Source: Methylophaga sp.
GTDB taxonomy: Bacteria; Pseudomonadota; Gammaproteobacteria; Nitrosococcales; Methylophagaceae
Length of the DNA: 64,000 bases
Assembly (NCBI GenBank): GCA_026988435.1
Contig: JALSLH010000005.1
Span: 22,831-86,830 of the forward strand
Direction: 5' to 3'
Shown: piece after piece, positions 37,565-47,147 of the stretch
How positions within the stretch are numbered: the first letter of the stretch is position 1
Layout of the letters: each line of letters starts with the position of its first letter
Notes under the pieces: generated by a model
What the model was told of the DNA's origin: nothing
What the model saw: the letters and a program-made list of their open reading frames with translations, nothing else
Databases searched by the model: none
Position numbers and translations under genes: made by a program

Positions 37565-37594
37565 GATTCCGGTTAAAATTGTGCCGGAATGACG
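37565..37594. repeat. ccggaat hairpin module
   Basis: gattccggttaaaattgtgccggaatgacg, between the HIT gene and tatA. Confidence 0.7.
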
Positions 37595-37616
37595 TGCTGG
37601 TATAGCTTCAGGTTTT

Positions 37617-37955
37617 TTAATTAAATCCGGGCAGGCCTTTGCCGCCCAAAATATGTATGTGTAAATGTCCGACTTCTTGGCCACCACCGGGGCCGGTATT
37701 GATAATGGTGCGAAAGCCATCTTCTAAGCCTTGTGAACGCGCTAACTCAGGTAACCTTAACATCATATAGGCAATTAAAGATTGATGTTCTTCATTAAGG
37801 TGGTCGAGACTTTGAATATGAACCTTGGGAATAACTAACAAGTGAACAGCCGCTTTTGGGTTAATATCTTTAAAAACGAAGATTTGCTCGTCTTCATAGA
37901 CTTTCGACGATGGAATGTCACCCGCAATAATTTTACAAAAGAGGCAGTCAGACAT
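37617..37955 (-). CDS. HIT-family (histidine triad) nucleotide hydrolase
   Basis: CLFCKIIAGDIPS plus the histidine triad HLHIHILGG. Confidence 0.9.
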   Translation of the reverse strand: MSDCLFCKIIAGDIPSSKVYEDEQIFVFKDINPKAAVHLLVIPKVHIQSLDHLNEEHQSLIAYMMLRLPELARSQGLEDGFRTIINTGPGGGQEVGHLHIHILGGKGLPGFN

Positions 37956-38272
37956 TATTTGCTCCGGTTTGCTTTTTCTTCTAGCCCAGACAAGCCAAAG
38001 CGACGATCAAGTTCATCAAGGATGATTTGTGGTTCAATATTGTTATGCGCTAGCAAGACTAAACTATGAAACCATAAATCTGCGGTCTCATAAATAATTT
38101 CGTCACGATTGCCACCTTTGCCTGCAATTATTGTTTCGGTTGCTTCTTCGCCTAATTTTTTTAATATTTTATCAGTGCCACCATGATAAAGGCTGGCAAC
38201 ATATGAACTGTCAGGGGAGGCTTGTTTTCGTTCTTCAAGAATTTCTGCAAGTCGGTTCAATACGTCACTCAT
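37955..38272 (-). CDS. hisE: Phosphoribosyl-ATP diphosphatase
   Basis: 105 aa. [28 protein letters not shown]...[13 protein letters not shown] is the HisE/MazG-like pattern. Confidence 0.9.
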   Translation of the reverse strand: MSDVLNRLAEILEERKQASPDSSYVASLYHGGTDKILKKLGEEATETIIAGKGGNRDEIIYETADLWFHSLVLLAHNNIEPQIILDELDRRFGLSGLEEKANRSK

Positions 38273-38739
38273 TTGTATATCTCTTTAGGATCTTTAATTA
38301 TAGCTTCAACAATGCGCCACTTCTTTTCAATGGGGTCAGACTCGATTGATTTATCCTTGCTCGCTTTCCGCAGCGCCGCCGCCGCTTGTAAATCAATCGA
38401 GTCTGACCCCATTGAAAGATCTAGCTGTTGATAAAAACAATGATGCCTTCCAGTATGACAGGCAATGCCACCCTTTTGTTCGACTTCTATCAAAATTGCA
38501 TCACTATCACAGTCTAGACGAATGGATTTTATCAGCTGTTGATTGCCAGATTGCTCACCTTTGTGCCAGATTTTCTGGCGTGAACGCGACCAATAAACAG
38601 CATGTCCGGATTCTACGCTGAGGCGTAAGGCTTCTCTATTCATCCATGCTAAAGTGAGTACTTGCTTCGTTTTAGATTCTTGTGTAATAACAGGCGCAAG
38701 ACCGTTGCCATCCCATTTAACTTGATCTAACCAGTCCAT
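38269..38739 (-). CDS. hisI: Phosphoribosyl-AMP cyclohydrolase carrying an in-frame repeat insertion
   Basis: The HisI core is [37 protein letters not shown]...[12 protein letters not shown]. At 156 aa it is about 25-30 aa longer than monofunctional HisI proteins, because of the element at 38325-38417. Confidence 0.9.
   Translation of the reverse strand: MDWLDQVKWDGNGLAPVITQESKTKQVLTLAWMNREALRLSVESGHAVYWSRSRQKIWHKGEQSGNQQLIKSIRLDCDSDAILIEVEQKGGIACHTGRHHCFYQQLDLSMGSDSIDLQAAAALRKASKDKSIESDPIEKKWRIVEAIIKDPKEIYK
38325..38417. repeat. 93-bp palindromic element inserted in frame within hisI
   Basis: The perfect 28-bp arm tttcaatggggtcagactcgattgattt (38325-38352) is the reverse complement of aaatcaatcgagtctgaccccattgaaa (38390-38417). 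93 bp equals 31 codons. In HisI it encodes [31 protein letters not shown]. It also reads open on the opposite strand (ORF 38222..38431). Confidence 0.9.
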
Positions 38740-39512
38740 TATAAGCGAACCTCAATGCCTTGGCTTGCCATTTGTTGTTTGGCTTCTTCAACGGTGTGTT
38801 CACCAAAATGGAAAATGCTGGCAGCTAAGACCGCATCTGCACGCCCTATTTTTACGCCATCAGTTAAGTCTTGTAATTTACCCACACCGCCCGACGCGAT
38901 TACTGGCACGGCAACGGCATCACTTACCGCGCGCGTGAGTTCTAGATCAAAGCCGGACTTGGTGCCGTCTTTATCCATGCTGGTCAGTAATAATTCACCT
39001 GCACCAAAATCAACCATTTTTTTCGCCCATTCCACAGCATCAAGCCCGGTAGGTTTGCGACCACCGTGGGTGAAGATCTCCCAACGAGAAGGCTCGCCTT
39101 CTTCAGAAACACGTTTAGCATCTATCGCTACTACAATACACTGTGATCCAAACTTTTCAGTAGCCTCGCGAACAAATTCAGGGTTGCTGACAGCGGCTGA
39201 GTTGATGCCCACCTTATCAGCACCTGCATTTAGCATGCGGCGCACATCTTCAACAGTGCGGATGCCACCACCGACGGTGAGCGGGATAAAAACCTGACTG
39301 GCGACAGCCTCAACAACATGCTCCATGGTGTCGCGGTTGTCATGTGTTGCCCGAATATCTAAAAAGGTAATTTCATCTGCGCCTTGTTCGTTATAGCGTT
39401 TAGCGACTTCAACGGGATCGCCTGCATCACGAATATCAACGAACTGTACGCCTTTGACAACGCGACCATTATCAACATCGAGACAAGGAATAATACGTTT
39501 GGCTAAACCCAT
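38739..39512 (-). CDS. hisF: Imidazole glycerol phosphate synthase, cyclase subunit
   Basis: [24 protein letters not shown]...ASGGVG is the canonical HisF pattern. Confidence 0.95.
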   Translation of the reverse strand: MGLAKRIIPCLDVDNGRVVKGVQFVDIRDAGDPVEVAKRYNEQGADEITFLDIRATHDNRDTMEHVVEAVASQVFIPLTVGGGIRTVEDVRRMLNAGADKVGINSAAVSNPEFVREATEKFGSQCIVVAIDAKRVSEEGEPSRWEIFTHGGRKPTGLDAVEWAKKMVDFGAGELLLTSMDKDGTKSGFDLELTRAVSDAVAVPVIASGGVGKLQDLTDGVKIGRADAVLAASIFHFGEHTVEEAKQQMASQGIEVRL

Positions 39513-40265
39513 TTAGCTATAATCCTGTGGCGGATTAAGACGATCAGCAAGCGCTTGCCCTTCAGCCAAATCAATTGTGCCTTCATAAATTGCACGGCCA
39601 ACAATGGCACCCATCACACCCTCGCTTTCATAATGGCATAGGGCCTTAATATCATTGTTATCGGTGACGCCGCCAGAGGCGATAACCGGAATATTAATAG
39701 CCCGCGCTAGATCGCGTGTTGATTCTAAGTTAACACCTTGCATCATACCGTCACGGCTGATGTCAGTATAAATAATTGCTTCTACACCATCTTGTTCAAA
39801 GTGTTTGGCGATATCCGTTACATCGTGGTGTGATAATTTTGACCAGCCATCAATGGCGACTTTGCCATCTTTGGCATCTAAACCAACAATGATGTGACCG
39901 GGGAATTCGGCACAGACATCACCAACAAAATGTGGGGCATTAACCGCTTTTGTACCAATGATAACGTAGCGTACACCCGCATCTAAATAGGTTTGAATGG
40001 TGTCTTCATCACGAATACCGCCGCCGATTTGTACGTCAAGATCAGGGAATTCTTTGCAAATATTATGAATAATGCCGGCATTAACCGGTTTACCAGCAAA
40101 TGCGCCATCAAGATCAACCATATGCAGACGTTTTGCACCGGCTTCAACCCATTTTCGGGCTACAGCAAGCGGATCTTCTGAAAAAACGGTGTTGTCATCC
40201 ATGCGCCCCTGACGCAAACGGACACAATGACCTTCTTTTAGATCAATGGCAGGGATCAACAACAT
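39513..40265 (-). CDS. hisA: ProFAR isomerase
   Basis: [20 protein letters not shown]...QIGGGIR...ASGGV. Confidence 0.95.
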   Translation of the reverse strand: MLLIPAIDLKEGHCVRLRQGRMDDNTVFSEDPLAVARKWVEAGAKRLHMVDLDGAFAGKPVNAGIIHNICKEFPDLDVQIGGGIRDEDTIQTYLDAGVRYVIIGTKAVNAPHFVGDVCAEFPGHIIVGLDAKDGKVAIDGWSKLSHHDVTDIAKHFEQDGVEAIIYTDISRDGMMQGVNLESTRDLARAINIPVIASGGVTDNNDIKALCHYESEGVMGAIVGRAIYEGTIDLAEGQALADRLNPPQDYS

Positions 40266-40296
40266 AATAGCGCTCCATTATTAAGGTATTTATATT

Positions 40297-40929
40297 TCAT
40301 AGTTGGCCATTCCAGTTCACAAAGTTTTTTAATAATTGTAGGCCGGCATGGTGGCTTTTTTCTGGATGAAATTGCACTGCAAAAATATTGTCTCTATAAA
40401 GTGCAGAGGTAAATTCATTTGGATATTCGGTCGTAGCCGCAATCACTTTTTTATTATCAGGATCAACATAATAACTGTGCACAAAATAAAAGCGACTACT
40501 TGGTTCAATGTTTTTCCATAATGGATGTGAAATTGTTTGATGAACTTGGTTCCAACCCATGTGAGGTACTTTTAAATGCGGCGCTGCATCCACATCAAAA
40601 TGATGTACATTACCCTGAAAGAGGTTTAAGCCGTCTACTCCGCCATTTTCATCACTGTGTGTCATTAATAACTGCATGCCGATACAAATACCTAAAAAAG
40701 GTTTTTCAGCCGCAACTTGGTGGATTACTTCTGTTAAACCAAGGCGCTGAACTTCGGCAAGACAAGCGCGGATCGCACCTTGACCAGGGAAAACAACGTG
40801 ACTGGCGCTTAAAATACGTTCAGGATCGGCGGTTACTTCAACAGCAATACCCTTTGAAACGGTTTCTAGTGCTTTTGAGACAGAGCGCAAATTGCCCATG
40901 CCATAATCAATGACTGCTATATGTTGCAT
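40297..40929 (-). CDS. hisH: Imidazole glycerol phosphate synthase, glutaminase subunit
   Basis: IAVIDYGMGNLRSVSKALE, the catalytic Cys in LGICIGMQLL, and FHPEKS. Confidence 0.95.
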   Translation of the reverse strand: MQHIAVIDYGMGNLRSVSKALETVSKGIAVEVTADPERILSASHVVFPGQGAIRACLAEVQRLGLTEVIHQVAAEKPFLGICIGMQLLMTHSDENGGVDGLNLFQGNVHHFDVDAAPHLKVPHMGWNQVHQTISHPLWKNIEPSSRFYFVHSYYVDPDNKKVIAATTEYPNEFTSALYRDNIFAVQFHPEKSHHAGLQLLKNFVNWNGQL

Positions 40930-40945
40930 AGTTTAAGCTTATTAT

Positions 40946-41539
40946 TTAAAGCGAACCTTTAGTTGAGGGTAATTGTTCTAATGCGCGAGGGTCAAGCGTT
41001 ACTGCCATGCGCAATGCGCGACCAAAGGCTTTAAAAATTGTTTCCGCAATATGATGTGCATTGCGGCCCTTTATAGAATCAATATGCAAGGTCATTCCGG
41101 CGTGATTAACAAGACCCTGAAAAAATTCATAAAACAAATCAACATCAAATTCACCAATTTTATCGCGCGTGAAACTGACATCAAATTCGATTCCAGGGCG
41201 ACCAGATAAATCTAACACAACGCGGGATAAAGCCTCATCTAGCGGAATATATGCATGACCATAGCGGATGATACCTTTTTTATCGCCCAGTGCTTTTTTA
41301 AGCGCCTGCCCAATAGTGATACCAGTATCTTCAACCGTGTGATGTGCATCTATATGTAAATCGCCTTTGGCTTTAATATCAAGATCAAACAAGCCATGAC
41401 GGGCAATTTGTTCCATCATATGGTCGAGAAAAGGCACGCCTGTTTCTGCTTTAAATTGGCCGCTGCCATCTAGATTTAGCGTTACCTCAATTTGAGTTTC
41501 AAGGGTGTTGCGTGCGACCGTAGCTGTACGAGAAGTCAT
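40946..41539 (-). CDS. hisB: Imidazoleglycerol-phosphate dehydratase
   Basis: [18 protein letters not shown]...HHTVEDTGI...DAHHIAE. I place the start at ATG 41539 (MTSRTA), not the ORF-track 41572. Confidence 0.9.
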   Translation of the reverse strand: MTSRTATVARNTLETQIEVTLNLDGSGQFKAETGVPFLDHMMEQIARHGLFDLDIKAKGDLHIDAHHTVEDTGITIGQALKKALGDKKGIIRYGHAYIPLDEALSRVVLDLSGRPGIEFDVSFTRDKIGEFDVDLFYEFFQGLVNHAGMTLHIDSIKGRNAHHIAETIFKAFGRALRMAVTLDPRALEQLPSTKGSL

Positions 41540-41616
41540 GACGTTTCCAAAAATGCCAGAATAAAACAGCATAATAACTGTTTCAGAGTCAGGTTTGAAG
41601 GGGTATGATGTAGATT

Positions 41617-42366
41617 ATGACACAAGCAACCAATATAACCCCTTTATTTAACAACCTTGCCAAGATTGAGCGCGATCGTAATGTTGCTTGTCATGCATGC
41701 TCTCTCTATAGTTTGTGCTTACCTTTAGGCTTGAATAATAACGATCTCGTAAGATTAGATAATATTATTGAGCGTAGCCAGAATCATAAACGAGGACATA
41801 CCTTATTTACATCTGATCAGCCCTTTAGGTCCTTATTTGTAGTGCGTTCGGGCTCATTTAAAACCACTATTTCTGCCAAAGATGGGCGGGATCAGGTTAC
41901 CGGATTTTATTTTCCAGGCGAGTTTATTGCGCTTGATGCTATTCACCAGCAAAACTATCAATCAAATGCAAAAGCATTAGAAAGTAGTAGTGTCTGCGAG
42001 CTGCCCTTTAATAATTTAGAAGAAATCGGCAAAGAAATGCCGCAGCTACAAATACAAATGCTAACGCGGCTAAGTAAAGAGCTAGCGGGTGATAAAAACT
42101 TAATGTTGTTATTAGGTAAAAAAACAGCAGATGAAAAGCTAGCGACATTTTTATTGTCATTATCTAAACGTTTTCAGGAGCGTGGGTTTTCAGCCACGGA
42201 CTTTCAACTTAGTATGTCGCGTGGCGATATTGCCAATCATCTTGGGTTGGCAGTGGAAACAGTTAGTCGGCTTTTTTCGCGATTCCAAGAAGAAGGCTTG
42301 ATTTTAATCGCAGGTAAAGCGCTTTCTATAAAAGATATTGAAAAACTCAGACTAATGTGTGGTTAA
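41617..42366 (+). CDS. fnr: FNR/ANR oxygen-sensing transcription factor (Crp/Fnr family)
   Basis: The Fe-S ligand pattern C-x2-C-x5-C (ACHACSLYSLC) plus the central Cys (SSVCELPF) align with E. coli FNR C20/C23/C29/C122. The DNA-recognition helix is VETVSRLFSRF. Confidence 0.9.
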   Translation: MTQATNITPLFNNLAKIERDRNVACHACSLYSLCLPLGLNNNDLVRLDNIIERSQNHKRGHTLFTSDQPFRSLFVVRSGSFKTTISAKDGRDQVTGFYFPGEFIALDAIHQQNYQSNAKALESSSVCELPFNNLEEIGKEMPQLQIQMLTRLSKELAGDKNLMLLLGKKTADEKLATFLLSLSKRFQERGFSATDFQLSMSRGDIANHLGLAVETVSRLFSRFQEEGLILIAGKALSIKDIEKLRLMCG

Positions 42367-42462
42367 AATGCGACAAAAGTGACTGTTTAGGGCTAAAAAA
42401 CGACTAATGCCCCTATTATTATTGCGGAAACAATCCAATAAAGGTGATAATTACCACACAAC

Positions 42463-42476
42463 TTGATGTGGATCAT
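42463..42476. promoter_or_regulatory. FNR box upstream of ompW
   Basis: TTGAT-gtgg-ATCAT matches the TTGAT-N4-ATCAA consensus at 9/10 positions. It lies 73 nt upstream of the ompW ATG. Confidence 0.55.
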
Positions 42477-42548
42477 GGAAATGCTTAGATAATTCCGTAT
42501 GATTGCCAGCATTTAAGATTATTATTTAGATTTATTCAGGAGAATAAA

Positions 42549-43241
42549 ATGAAAGCAACAAAATTGGCTATTGCACTTTTAGCAGCAACAGGAATATCAG
42601 CTATTGCTACACCAGTAATGGCCTATGAAGCGGGTGACTGGTTAGTTCGTGGTCGCGTTATTAATGTTAACCCTAACGATCATAGTGGTGATTTATTCGT
42701 AACAGCGGCAAAGTCAAGCGTTGGCAAAGGCGTAACAGTTGATGATGATACTGTTCCAGAGCTAGACATTACTTATATGCTTTCACCGAACTGGGGCGTT
42801 GAATTAATTCTTGGCTATTCTGAGCATGATGTTGATACGGTAAACCCTGCTAGAACAGCGGCTGGTGTTGATTTAGGTCAAGTTATTGAAGCTAAGGCAC
42901 TACCACCAACATTAACATTGCAGTATCACTTTATGCCTAATTCAAATATTCGCCCTTATGTTGGTGCGGGTGTGAACTATACATATTTCTTTGACGAAAA
43001 AGTAAAAGGGCCTTTAGATATTCCTGGTTCAAAAGTTAAAATGGATGATTCTTGGGGGTTAGCCGTTCAAGCAGGTGTTGATATTGCGCTTAATAATGAT
43101 TGGTTTGTAAACTTAGATGTTAAATATATTGAAATGGATACAACTGCTAAGTTTTCAGGTGTTGCTTTAGTTGATAAGGCAGAAATTGATGTGGATGTTA
43201 ACCCTGTTGTTTGGGGTATTGGTATCGGTCGTCGTTTCTAA
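42549..43241 (+). CDS. ompW: Outer-membrane protein OmpW
   Basis: Signal peptide, the YEAGDWLVRGRVINVNP start of the mature protein, an 8-strand barrel size (230 aa) and a C-terminal GIGRRF. Confidence 0.9.
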   Translation: MKATKLAIALLAATGISAIATPVMAYEAGDWLVRGRVINVNPNDHSGDLFVTAAKSSVGKGVTVDDDTVPELDITYMLSPNWGVELILGYSEHDVDTVNPARTAAGVDLGQVIEAKALPPTLTLQYHFMPNSNIRPYVGAGVNYTYFFDEKVKGPLDIPGSKVKMDDSWGLAVQAGVDIALNNDWFVNLDVKYIEMDTTAKFSGVALVDKAEIDVDVNPVVWGIGIGRRF

Positions 43242-43269
43242 GTTAAACTTAGCAAACACACAAATATCA

Positions 43270-43298
43270 AAAGGCCCTCTTAATGAGGGTCTTTTTTT
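43270..43298 (+). terminator. Rho-independent terminator of ompW
   Basis: aggccctc-ttaat-gagggtct followed by TTTTTT. Confidence 0.75.
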
Positions 43299-43336
43299 GC
43301 CTTTAATTCAGCTACCACTCAAGTTGTATAATTTAT

Positions 43337-43450
43337 GCGTCATCCCGTCATCCCCGAGATCTTTTATCGGGGATCTACAGTTAAAATACTAGACTCCCGC
43401 TTAAAGCACGCGGGAGTGACGAGTAGCGCAAGACTGCCAGAATGGCGATC
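43337..43450. repeat. Cluster of palindromic modules
   Basis: gcgtcatcccgtcatccccgagatcttttatcggggatct, then actcccgcttaaagcacgcgggagtgacg, then gcaagactgccagaatggcg. These are the same module families as at 5217, 23128 and 60424. Confidence 0.75.
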
Positions 43451-43455
43451 CTGAT

Positions 43456-44997
43456 TTATGAATTTGATATTTTTAATAAGCTTTTAACTTTAATACCAAC
43501 AAGTGAAAGCAATATAAAATAAGTCGCCATTGCCACGGAAATTAATCCAAATAGCATCATAAATCGTTGCCATACTCCGGAATTAACCCATTCAATTGTT
43601 TCAGGTGTAAACCAAAATAACAGCGCTATTAAGGCGATATTTGGAATAATCAATTGAACTATAAACCTTCTCCAGCCTGCTCTTGGTAGATAGACGCCTA
43701 GTTTTCTTAGCCCAATATATAACAATAGGGCATTCAACATTGCTGATAATGAGGTGGCTAAGGCGAGGCCAACATGGGCGAATTGCAACATTAAGATGAT
43801 ATTGAGCACCATATTTACCACCATGGCAATAATACCTATTTTCACCGGTGTTTTGGTATCTTGGCGGGCATAATAACCTGGCGCTAATACTTTAATAAAG
43901 ATAAAAGGCAGCAAACCTAAGCCGTAAGCCATTAGGCTGAGAGAGGCTTTGTGTGCATCTGGAGCGCTAAACTCGCCATATTGGAACAATGATAGCAATA
44001 AGGGTTCGGCAAGCCAGATAAGCCCTATTGCGGCAGGCGTACCGATAATAAATACCCAACGTAATGCCCAGTCAATTGTGTGTGAGAATTCATCCTTTGA
44101 TTTTGAAGCATGCTTTTTTGAAAGGCTTGGTAAAATTACAGTTGCTAAAGCAATGCCGAATATACCAAGGGGAAACTCTACTAATCGATCAGAATAATAT
44201 AACCAAGAAATGCTGCCGGTGACTAAAAATGAGGCTAACAAGGTATCAAGTAATAAATTTATTTGTGCTACCGACACACCAAACATGGCTGGCAACATTA
44301 GTTTTATTATTTGTTGCACTCCACTATCCTGCCATCCCCATCTAGGCTTGGGGAGCTGCCCAATTCGCATTAAAAATGGAATTTGAAATAACAGCTGTAT
44401 TAAACCACCAATAAATACTCCCCATGCTAGCGCAGTAACTGGCTCTGCTAAGTTAGGAGATAACCATATCGCACAGGAAATTAGCGATATGTTTAGAAAA
44501 ACAGGTGTAAAAGCAGGCACAGCAAACTTACCAAAACTATTGAGAATTGCGCCAGCTAATGCCGTCAATGAGATAAAAAAGAGATAAGGAAAAGTGATTT
44601 TTAACAAATTACCGGCGAGATTAATTTTATAGTCATCACCAATAAACCCAGGGGCAAAAATCATAATTAAAACAGGTGCCGCAATGACTCCAATAGCTGT
44701 GATAATAAACAGAAAGGTGGCAAGGGTACCGCTAGTGCTGGCAATTAGATCTTTGAGATCTTTGTCTCCTCTATCTCGGTATTCTGCTAATACTGGGATA
44801 AATGCTTGCGAAAAGGCGCCTTCTGCAAATAGTCGGCGCAAAAAGTTAGGAATTTTAAAAGCTACAAAAAAAACGTCGGCTCCTAAGCCGGCGCCGAACA
44901 GACGAGCAATGACTATGTCGCGAATAAAACCAAGGATCCGCGAGATAAACGTCATCATGCTCACTATAGCGGTCGATTTAAATAGCTTTTCACTCAT
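43456..44997 (-). CDS. murJ: Lipid II flippase MurJ (MviN)
   Basis: 513 aa with about 14 TM segments. The N-terminus LFKSTAIVSMMTFISRILGFIRDIVIARLFGAG is diagnostic. Confidence 0.95.
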   Translation of the reverse strand: MSEKLFKSTAIVSMMTFISRILGFIRDIVIARLFGAGLGADVFFVAFKIPNFLRRLFAEGAFSQAFIPVLAEYRDRGDKDLKDLIASTSGTLATFLFIITAIGVIAAPVLIMIFAPGFIGDDYKINLAGNLLKITFPYLFFISLTALAGAILNSFGKFAVPAFTPVFLNISLISCAIWLSPNLAEPVTALAWGVFIGGLIQLLFQIPFLMRIGQLPKPRWGWQDSGVQQIIKLMLPAMFGVSVAQINLLLDTLLASFLVTGSISWLYYSDRLVEFPLGIFGIALATVILPSLSKKHASKSKDEFSHTIDWALRWVFIIGTPAAIGLIWLAEPLLLSLFQYGEFSAPDAHKASLSLMAYGLGLLPFIFIKVLAPGYYARQDTKTPVKIGIIAMVVNMVLNIILMLQFAHVGLALATSLSAMLNALLLYIGLRKLGVYLPRAGWRRFIVQLIIPNIALIALLFWFTPETIEWVNSGVWQRFMMLFGLISVAMATYFILLSLVGIKVKSLLKISNS

Positions 44998-45042
44998 TGA
45001 TAGGCTCGTTTAGTGTTAGGATTTATCTTTTAATATAAAAGT

Positions 45043-45696
45043 GTGATGTTGATGGCAACACGATGTAAAGGGTTTAATTCTAAGTGTTTTTTGCTTACAT
45101 ATCTCATTATAGTGGGTTTGATTATAGTTTTGTGGATGAACCGTCAACCATTTATGGGTAAAGATAGCAGAGTGATACCCAAAGCTATGCAGCCGTATTT
45201 AGAATCGCCACCTAGAAAGCTCGACTCTTTCACTTTAAAAACGAAAGAGAAGCTAGCGCTTACTAACGATTGGTTTGAGAAAAAATGGACTTTTGTCTAT
45301 TTTACTCATAGCGCTTGTTTGCCCGCTTGCCGTTTCGGTTTAGATAGTATGAAGGAATTAAAAACAGCTTTTGCTACTTCTGATCTTCAGTTTTTAACCA
45401 TCGGGATTGATGCTCAGCACGAAAATGCGGATGATTTGTACCAGTTTTTAGTGTCACAAGGCTATGACTTTACCGTTGCAACAGGTTCAGAAAAAGAGCT
45501 TGAAAAAGTAGCAACAAGCTTTATTGCCTTATTTCTACAAACAAATTTTACTGATGGTAGCTATCAAATTGAGCAAGAGCATCATCTTTTTATTATAGAT
45601 CCTAAAGGTCGAATTTATGCTACTTTTCGCCCCCCATATAAAAATGTTCGATCACATTTTCTGGCTCTTCGTGCTTTCTATGCTAAAACAGAATAA
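45043..45696 (+). CDS. SCO1/SenC-like thioredoxin-fold protein with a variant CxxxC (CLPAC)
   Basis: TM anchor, WTFVYFTHSACLPAC where SCO proteins have FGYTxCPDVC, and a conserved distal His (QEHHLFIIDPKG). The start codon is uncertain because there are several in-frame Met codons. Confidence 0.6.
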   Translation: MMLMATRCKGFNSKCFLLTYLIIVGLIIVLWMNRQPFMGKDSRVIPKAMQPYLESPPRKLDSFTLKTKEKLALTNDWFEKKWTFVYFTHSACLPACRFGLDSMKELKTAFATSDLQFLTIGIDAQHENADDLYQFLVSQGYDFTVATGSEKELEKVATSFIALFLQTNFTDGSYQIEQEHHLFIIDPKGRIYATFRPPYKNVRSHFLALRAFYAKTE

Positions 45697-45717
45697 GACT
45701 GATAATCACTTTTCAAA

Positions 45718-46620
45718 TCAATTCAATGCACTAGCAAATGCTTCTGACAATAATTCCAATGTTTGGGTGCGTTGATAGCTTGGGCGCCAGACAAGCCCTA
45801 GCTCTCGCATAGGTTTATTGTTTTGCGCAACTAACGGACGAATGCTAATATCAGCTTGGCTTACTATGTCAGAATTGATTGCCATTTCAGGTATTAATGT
45901 GATTCCTAAGCCGCCAGCTACCATCTCTATGAGCGTATATAAACTAGTACCTTGGACACTTGTTCGCTGTGCAGTTGTTGGTAACTGGCATGCACTGAGG
46001 GCGTGTTCGCGTAAACAGTGCCCTTCTGATAATAACAACAAATCATCAATGGGTAGTTGATCAGCAATAATTTTTTTCTGTGAGGCTAATGGGTGGTTTT
46101 TGGGTAGCGCGACCCAAAAAGATTCTTGTCCGAAAATATGCTGATGCAGCTCTTTAATATCAAACGGAAAAGCTAATACGGCAACATCAATTTGACCACT
46201 ACGTAGCTTGGTCACGAGCGGTTCAGATTGATCTTCAATTAGAATCAGTTCTAGTTGTGGTAATTGTTGGCGAATGGTTGTCAGTGATTTAGGTAATAAA
46301 AATGGGCAAATGCTAGGAATAACCCCAATTCGAACCCTACCTGTAGATGGATTTTGCTCTGAATGCGCTACATCAACCAAATCTGAAGATAGCGATAGAA
46401 TATGCTGTGCTCGCTGAGCTATCTCGAAACCAAGAGCTGTAGGTAAAACTTTTCGGTTGGTGCGCTCTATCAATTTTGCATCCAAAAGGCTTTCAAGATC
46501 TTGTATGCCGGCACTGAGTGTAGACTGGGTGACGAAACATTGCTCTGCCGCATGACCGAAATGTTTTAGATCAACAACAGATACCAAATATTGTAGCTGG
46601 CGAAGCGTAGGTAAACTCAT
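45718..46620 (-). CDS. oxyR: LysR-family peroxide sensor OxyR
   Basis: The HTH is LRQLQYLVSVVDLKHFGHAAEQCFVTQSTLSAGIQDLE. The redox Cys pair has OxyR spacing (GHCLREHALSAC, equivalent to C199/C208). I place the start at ATG 46620. Confidence 0.85.
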   Translation of the reverse strand: MSLPTLRQLQYLVSVVDLKHFGHAAEQCFVTQSTLSAGIQDLESLLDAKLIERTNRKVLPTALGFEIAQRAQHILSLSSDLVDVAHSEQNPSTGRVRIGVIPSICPFLLPKSLTTIRQQLPQLELILIEDQSEPLVTKLRSGQIDVAVLAFPFDIKELHQHIFGQESFWVALPKNHPLASQKKIIADQLPIDDLLLLSEGHCLREHALSACQLPTTAQRTSVQGTSLYTLIEMVAGGLGITLIPEMAINSDIVSQADISIRPLVAQNNKPMRELGLVWRPSYQRTQTLELLSEAFASALN

Positions 46621-46922
46621 AATCGGAAATCCCACTTAATAGTATAGAAACAATTCGTTAGATCTAAATTAACACAAAACATAAACTTACTTCCAGTTGG
46701 ATAATTGCAAGAAGAGGTGCACCCTCTTAGGGAACGAAATGTATCAGCTGTTGCCGTAATGGATGAACAAACTGAGGAGTCTCTGGAACATGTTAAAATA
46801 TTACAGATGACAGGAAAGCATTTTGTAGTATTAATTAAAGTTGAAAAGTGGCATGCCCAACACTATATCGAGGCATTAGATTCAAAAAAATAATTTTTAT
46901 TAAAAATGGGAGAAAGTAAAAA

Positions 46923-47087
46923 ATGAGACAGTGGCAATGTGTAGTATGTGGTTTTATTTATGACGAAGCGAAGGGGCTGCCTGAAGAAGGTATTGAACCA
47001 GGAACAAGTTGGGATGATATTCCTGATGATTGGGAGTGTCCTGAATGTGGTGTGGGTAAAGATGATTTCGAAATGGTTGAAATCTAA
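46923..47087 (+). CDS. Rubredoxin
   Basis: Below the ORF-track size cut-off. My translation is [54 protein letters not shown], with two CxxC pairs (CVVCG, CPECG) and an RBS GGGAGAAAG upstream. Confidence 0.9.
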   Translation: MRQWQCVVCGFIYDEAKGLPEEGIEPGTSWDDIPDDWECPECGVGKDDFEMVEI

Positions 47088-47147
47088 TATTGAAAAAGCA
47101 AAAAGGAGGCGAGACATTTTCTGGTCTCCTTTTTAATTGAGACTAAA

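Noticed and set aside
38755-39297. 180-aa + strand ORF antisense to hisF; similar cases at 12645-13118, 16082-16489 and 40500-40913
   Set aside because: All are antisense shadows of canonical, motif-bearing genes (hisF, the DUF937 gene, fhcD, hisH). Their compositions are biased toward S, P, A and T.
46840-46870. Sigma-54 promoter (TGGCAT...) upstream of the rubredoxin gene
   Set aside because: The -24-like TGGCAT is present, but the -12 position reads ACAC instead of TTGC. It is not a credible RpoN promoter.
47088-47147. Terminator or attenuator between rubredoxin and its reductase
   Set aside because: The stem aaaaggag/ctcctttt is AU-rich and its interior is poorly paired. The sequence also overlaps a possible RBS region. 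It is too weak to annotate.
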